From Amoebophrya sp. A120 (Eukaryota > Protista > Dinoflagellata), in assembly GCA_905178155.1 (NCBI GenBank), contig CAJINV010000004.1:6054828-6118827 (forward strand): a DNA stretch of 64,000 bases, given 5' to 3'. Shown one piece after another: positions 61,467 through 64,000 of the stretch; the stretch's first letter is position 1, and every line of letters starts with the position of its first letter. The notes under the pieces are model-generated. The model was not told the origin of the DNA and ran no database searches. It saw nothing but the letters and a program-made list of their open reading frames with translations. The translations under genes and the position numbers were made by a program.

Positions 61467-63181
61467 GGTGTTTGCGTTCTACTTTCGCGGAAAAGGGGGG
61501 AAGTGCTGTAGAAGTCGCGGAATGGAATATCGGAGGTCTTATTCAACGAAATATTTTTTTATCGCCGGGTTTTAATTTTGTCGTTTTCTAGTTGGCGTGA
61601 AAAGAATGTAAAAATCTAATGGTCTTGTTCTAATATTATCGTGTTCATTTGATGCCAAGTGTAGTTCCTGCGTTCTTTTGATAGTACTTCTTCTCCTCGT
61701 TCATAGCAGTCTGTAGTCGAGCGAAAAAAAAAATCCTGTCCTACCAGAAGTATTTTTATGAAAAGCTGCAATTTTTTTCTGCGTCATTAATTCGTCCTTT
61801 ATTTGCTTTTCTCCTCGCACAATCTTCAAACTAATATTATCGCTACTTTTTGATTTTGACAATTTCGATGGTCCTCCTCGGAGTTCAATGCTATACTGAT
61901 CTGACGAAGTGCCGCTGTAGTGGGTCATACAGAAAAACTTAGAACATTTTGAGTCGCAATTTGGTGGCTGGCTCGTCGCTAACGCCAATCTATTATGACG
62001 AAAAAAAAAATCTGCGTAAAAAATACTCAGATCGCGTGGTTTGAAGACTTTCGTGCAGAGAAAAATCGAAATCGAAAAATAAACGAAGATCTTCGAGTCT
62101 CAGTTTTCAACGAGCAAAAAACTACGAGCATATTGTTCAGCTTGAGCGCGTTTTTTCTCATCACAACATCAAAATCAAAAGCAGAAATAGATCCACATAG
62201 TCCTTCTTTTGTTCAACGCAGTTTTTGGGGCACTCATTCACGTTTGTACGACAAACGAGGCGCAAGAACTTTGCAAGCGCATGATCACACACGCCGAGCC
62301 AATGCGCGAAGATCATTCCTTTCTTACTTCTGGAATCGAGCTATTTAAACACGAGACGGTTACACGAGGAGATAGAGATTGCAGAAGGAACATAATGATG
62401 GACCTGCTCTATCGTACTATGACGTAATGCTTCGCAAAGACCACGAGCAAGGTCCCGGCCTGCTCTACCTTGAGTTTCAGGAAGCAAAGGCGGGAAGCTG
62501 AGTTTCTTTTAATTTGGAGGCCAAGTACAACTTCACGGAAAGTTTTTTCTTACGACGACGTAGGAATTCTACATTCGATTCAATAGTTTCTGTCTTACAT
62601 CATACATAACATCATAGACAAGATCTCAAAGTTCTTCTGTAATTGCGGTTGGCAGAATTGCAAAAGGGCTTAGAATTTATGGCAAACGTCGGATTTTTTA
62701 TTCACACGTCGGAAAGGAGAGTAGAAATAATCGCTTCATTTTCTTTGCGTTTCGCAGTCAACAAACAAAGTAGAAGTCGGAGGTCTTGATGACATACTAG
62801 AGGCGGTGGAATTCATTATATCAGAGTATGGTGCACCAAAACTAACAACTTCTGCGCAGAGAAGTAGTCAAGATCAGTTAAATGTAAAGGATTTTATTTT
62901 GTGGACAGCGGCTAGATATTCAAGATCAATAAAAAGTCAGAACCTATAGCGATGCTAGCAGAGGAGAAAAGACTGTCGGTTGTCGTTGCCCCGGTCGTAG
63001 GCGGATTCATTTATTGAGGTCAAACGCATTCATACTCATTGATTCACTGTCGGCTCACAGGCAAACGGCGTCGGCGCAAAAGTATAAGTACAATAATCGA
63101 TACCGGACTACAAGGATAGAACCTGCAGCAGGCTGGACTCTGTTCGCGTAGTTACTTCTTAGGTTCTCACCTAAACTACAC

Positions 63182-64000
63182 CTATGCCGACGCGAGTAGA
63201 AACTTGTTTACCAGATCCGCATATCAAATGTAAAAATGTCTGGGTCTGGAAGATTCCGGAATTTGTGATGCATGTTTTCTATGATCCGTGACGCATGTAA
63301 TGCATGATCTAGCATCACAGATTTTTAGAGGCCTTCCTGATGCCTATTCCGCATGAGAAATGACCTCTCCGCGTAACACAAACTGGACTCCTGATGCTGC
63401 TCACGCAATACAGATTTTTTTGGAATCCAAAGACAGCATGACAAGTTGCATTCTTCCAGACCCAGACATTTTTACATTTCATACCGCACAGTCGACGGCC
63501 GGGACCCCCGGCGTTTTCAGCTTGTCCATACTTTTGCACCCGTTGAGCACCTATCAAATGCAAATATGTCTGGGTCTGGATGGATGCCATGCACATTTTG
63601 CATGACCCCTGATGTCTGTGATGCATGCCCTAGCATCACAGGTTTTGTGAGGGATTCCTGATGCCTATACCGCATGAGAAATGCCCTCGCGCCGTGGCAA
63701 AAACTGGACATCTTTTGCTGTCCATGCAATACAGATTCTTCTAGAATCCAAGTCCAGCATCACAAGTTGCGTCCTTCCAGACCCAGACATATTTGCAATG
63801 CATAGCACCAAGGCGTGCACCATTTTCACGTCCTTCATCACGTCCCACTGTGCCGCAGAGACGCCCAACGTGTTGATCGCGAGGGTTCTCTCCACGTACG
63901 TCGGGTTCCCCTGCATGCTTCTCAACTGCTGGTTCGTCAACTCCGCCGTGACATAGTTGCCCGGGTAGCCGAACAGGTTGGCCGCGCCGACGTGCCCGTT
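63182..64000 (-). CDS. 3' end of a hypothetical protein (continues beyond the window)
   Basis: ...VKMVHALV-LNGCKSMDKLKTPGVPAVDCA-DLVNKFLLASA* in frame after removing two family A elements. Confidence 0.7.
63222..63483. mobile_element. Introner family A
   Basis: Family A TIR; DR ccgca. Confidence 0.94.
63552..63804. mobile_element. Introner family A
   Basis: Family A TIR; DR gcacc. Confidence 0.94.

Noticed and set aside
7523-63804. Recurrent short ORFs with MSGSGR, PDPDIF, KCKNVWVWK, RGRGSCAL or KGKIPPPHIE peptides
   Set aside because: They are translations of the family A, B and G terminal repeats, not proteins
667-63804. Paramecium-type TA-bounded IESs
   Set aside because: IES excision leaves one TA. 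Here that would break the frame (e.g. creating TAA at 667); both TAs plus one 5-bp DR must go. DNA-level excision in general is not excluded.

Overview
This window is eukaryotic (alveolate-like) genomic DNA. Its architecture matches what is published for the parasitic syndinian dinoflagellate Amoebophrya; that taxon assignment is inferred. All 11-12 reconstructable genes lie on the minus strand: an AFG1/LACE1 ATPase with C-terminal EF-hands, a mucin-like membrane protein, a Lys/Met-rich basic protein, an FSH1 hydrolase-RWD region probably fused to an Obg/YGR210C-like GTPase, a large hypothetical protein, a multi-EF-hand protein, a BRCA2 homolog, a UBA-like/Gln-Tyr-rich protein and partial genes. 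The dominant feature is about 58 short (109-356 bp) MITE-like elements from at least 10 families with unrelated terminal inverted repeats (TIRs). Nearly all start TAT(C/G), end (G/C)ATA and are flanked by a 5-bp direct repeat (DR); 43 have a perfect adjacent DR. They share an internal GCAT(G/C/T)ACAA motif, occur in both orientations and sit almost only in coding exons. I checked by hand that removing the element plus one DR copy restores the reading frame, often rebuilding conserved motifs, so they behave as non-GT-AG introns (introners). Also present: GT-AG introns (one with the same DR+TA geometry), a 1-kb insertion flanked by a 46-bp duplication, and an intergenic cluster of a CTWCWGWAG palindrome. 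Splicing is inferred from frame logic only; there is no RNA evidence here.
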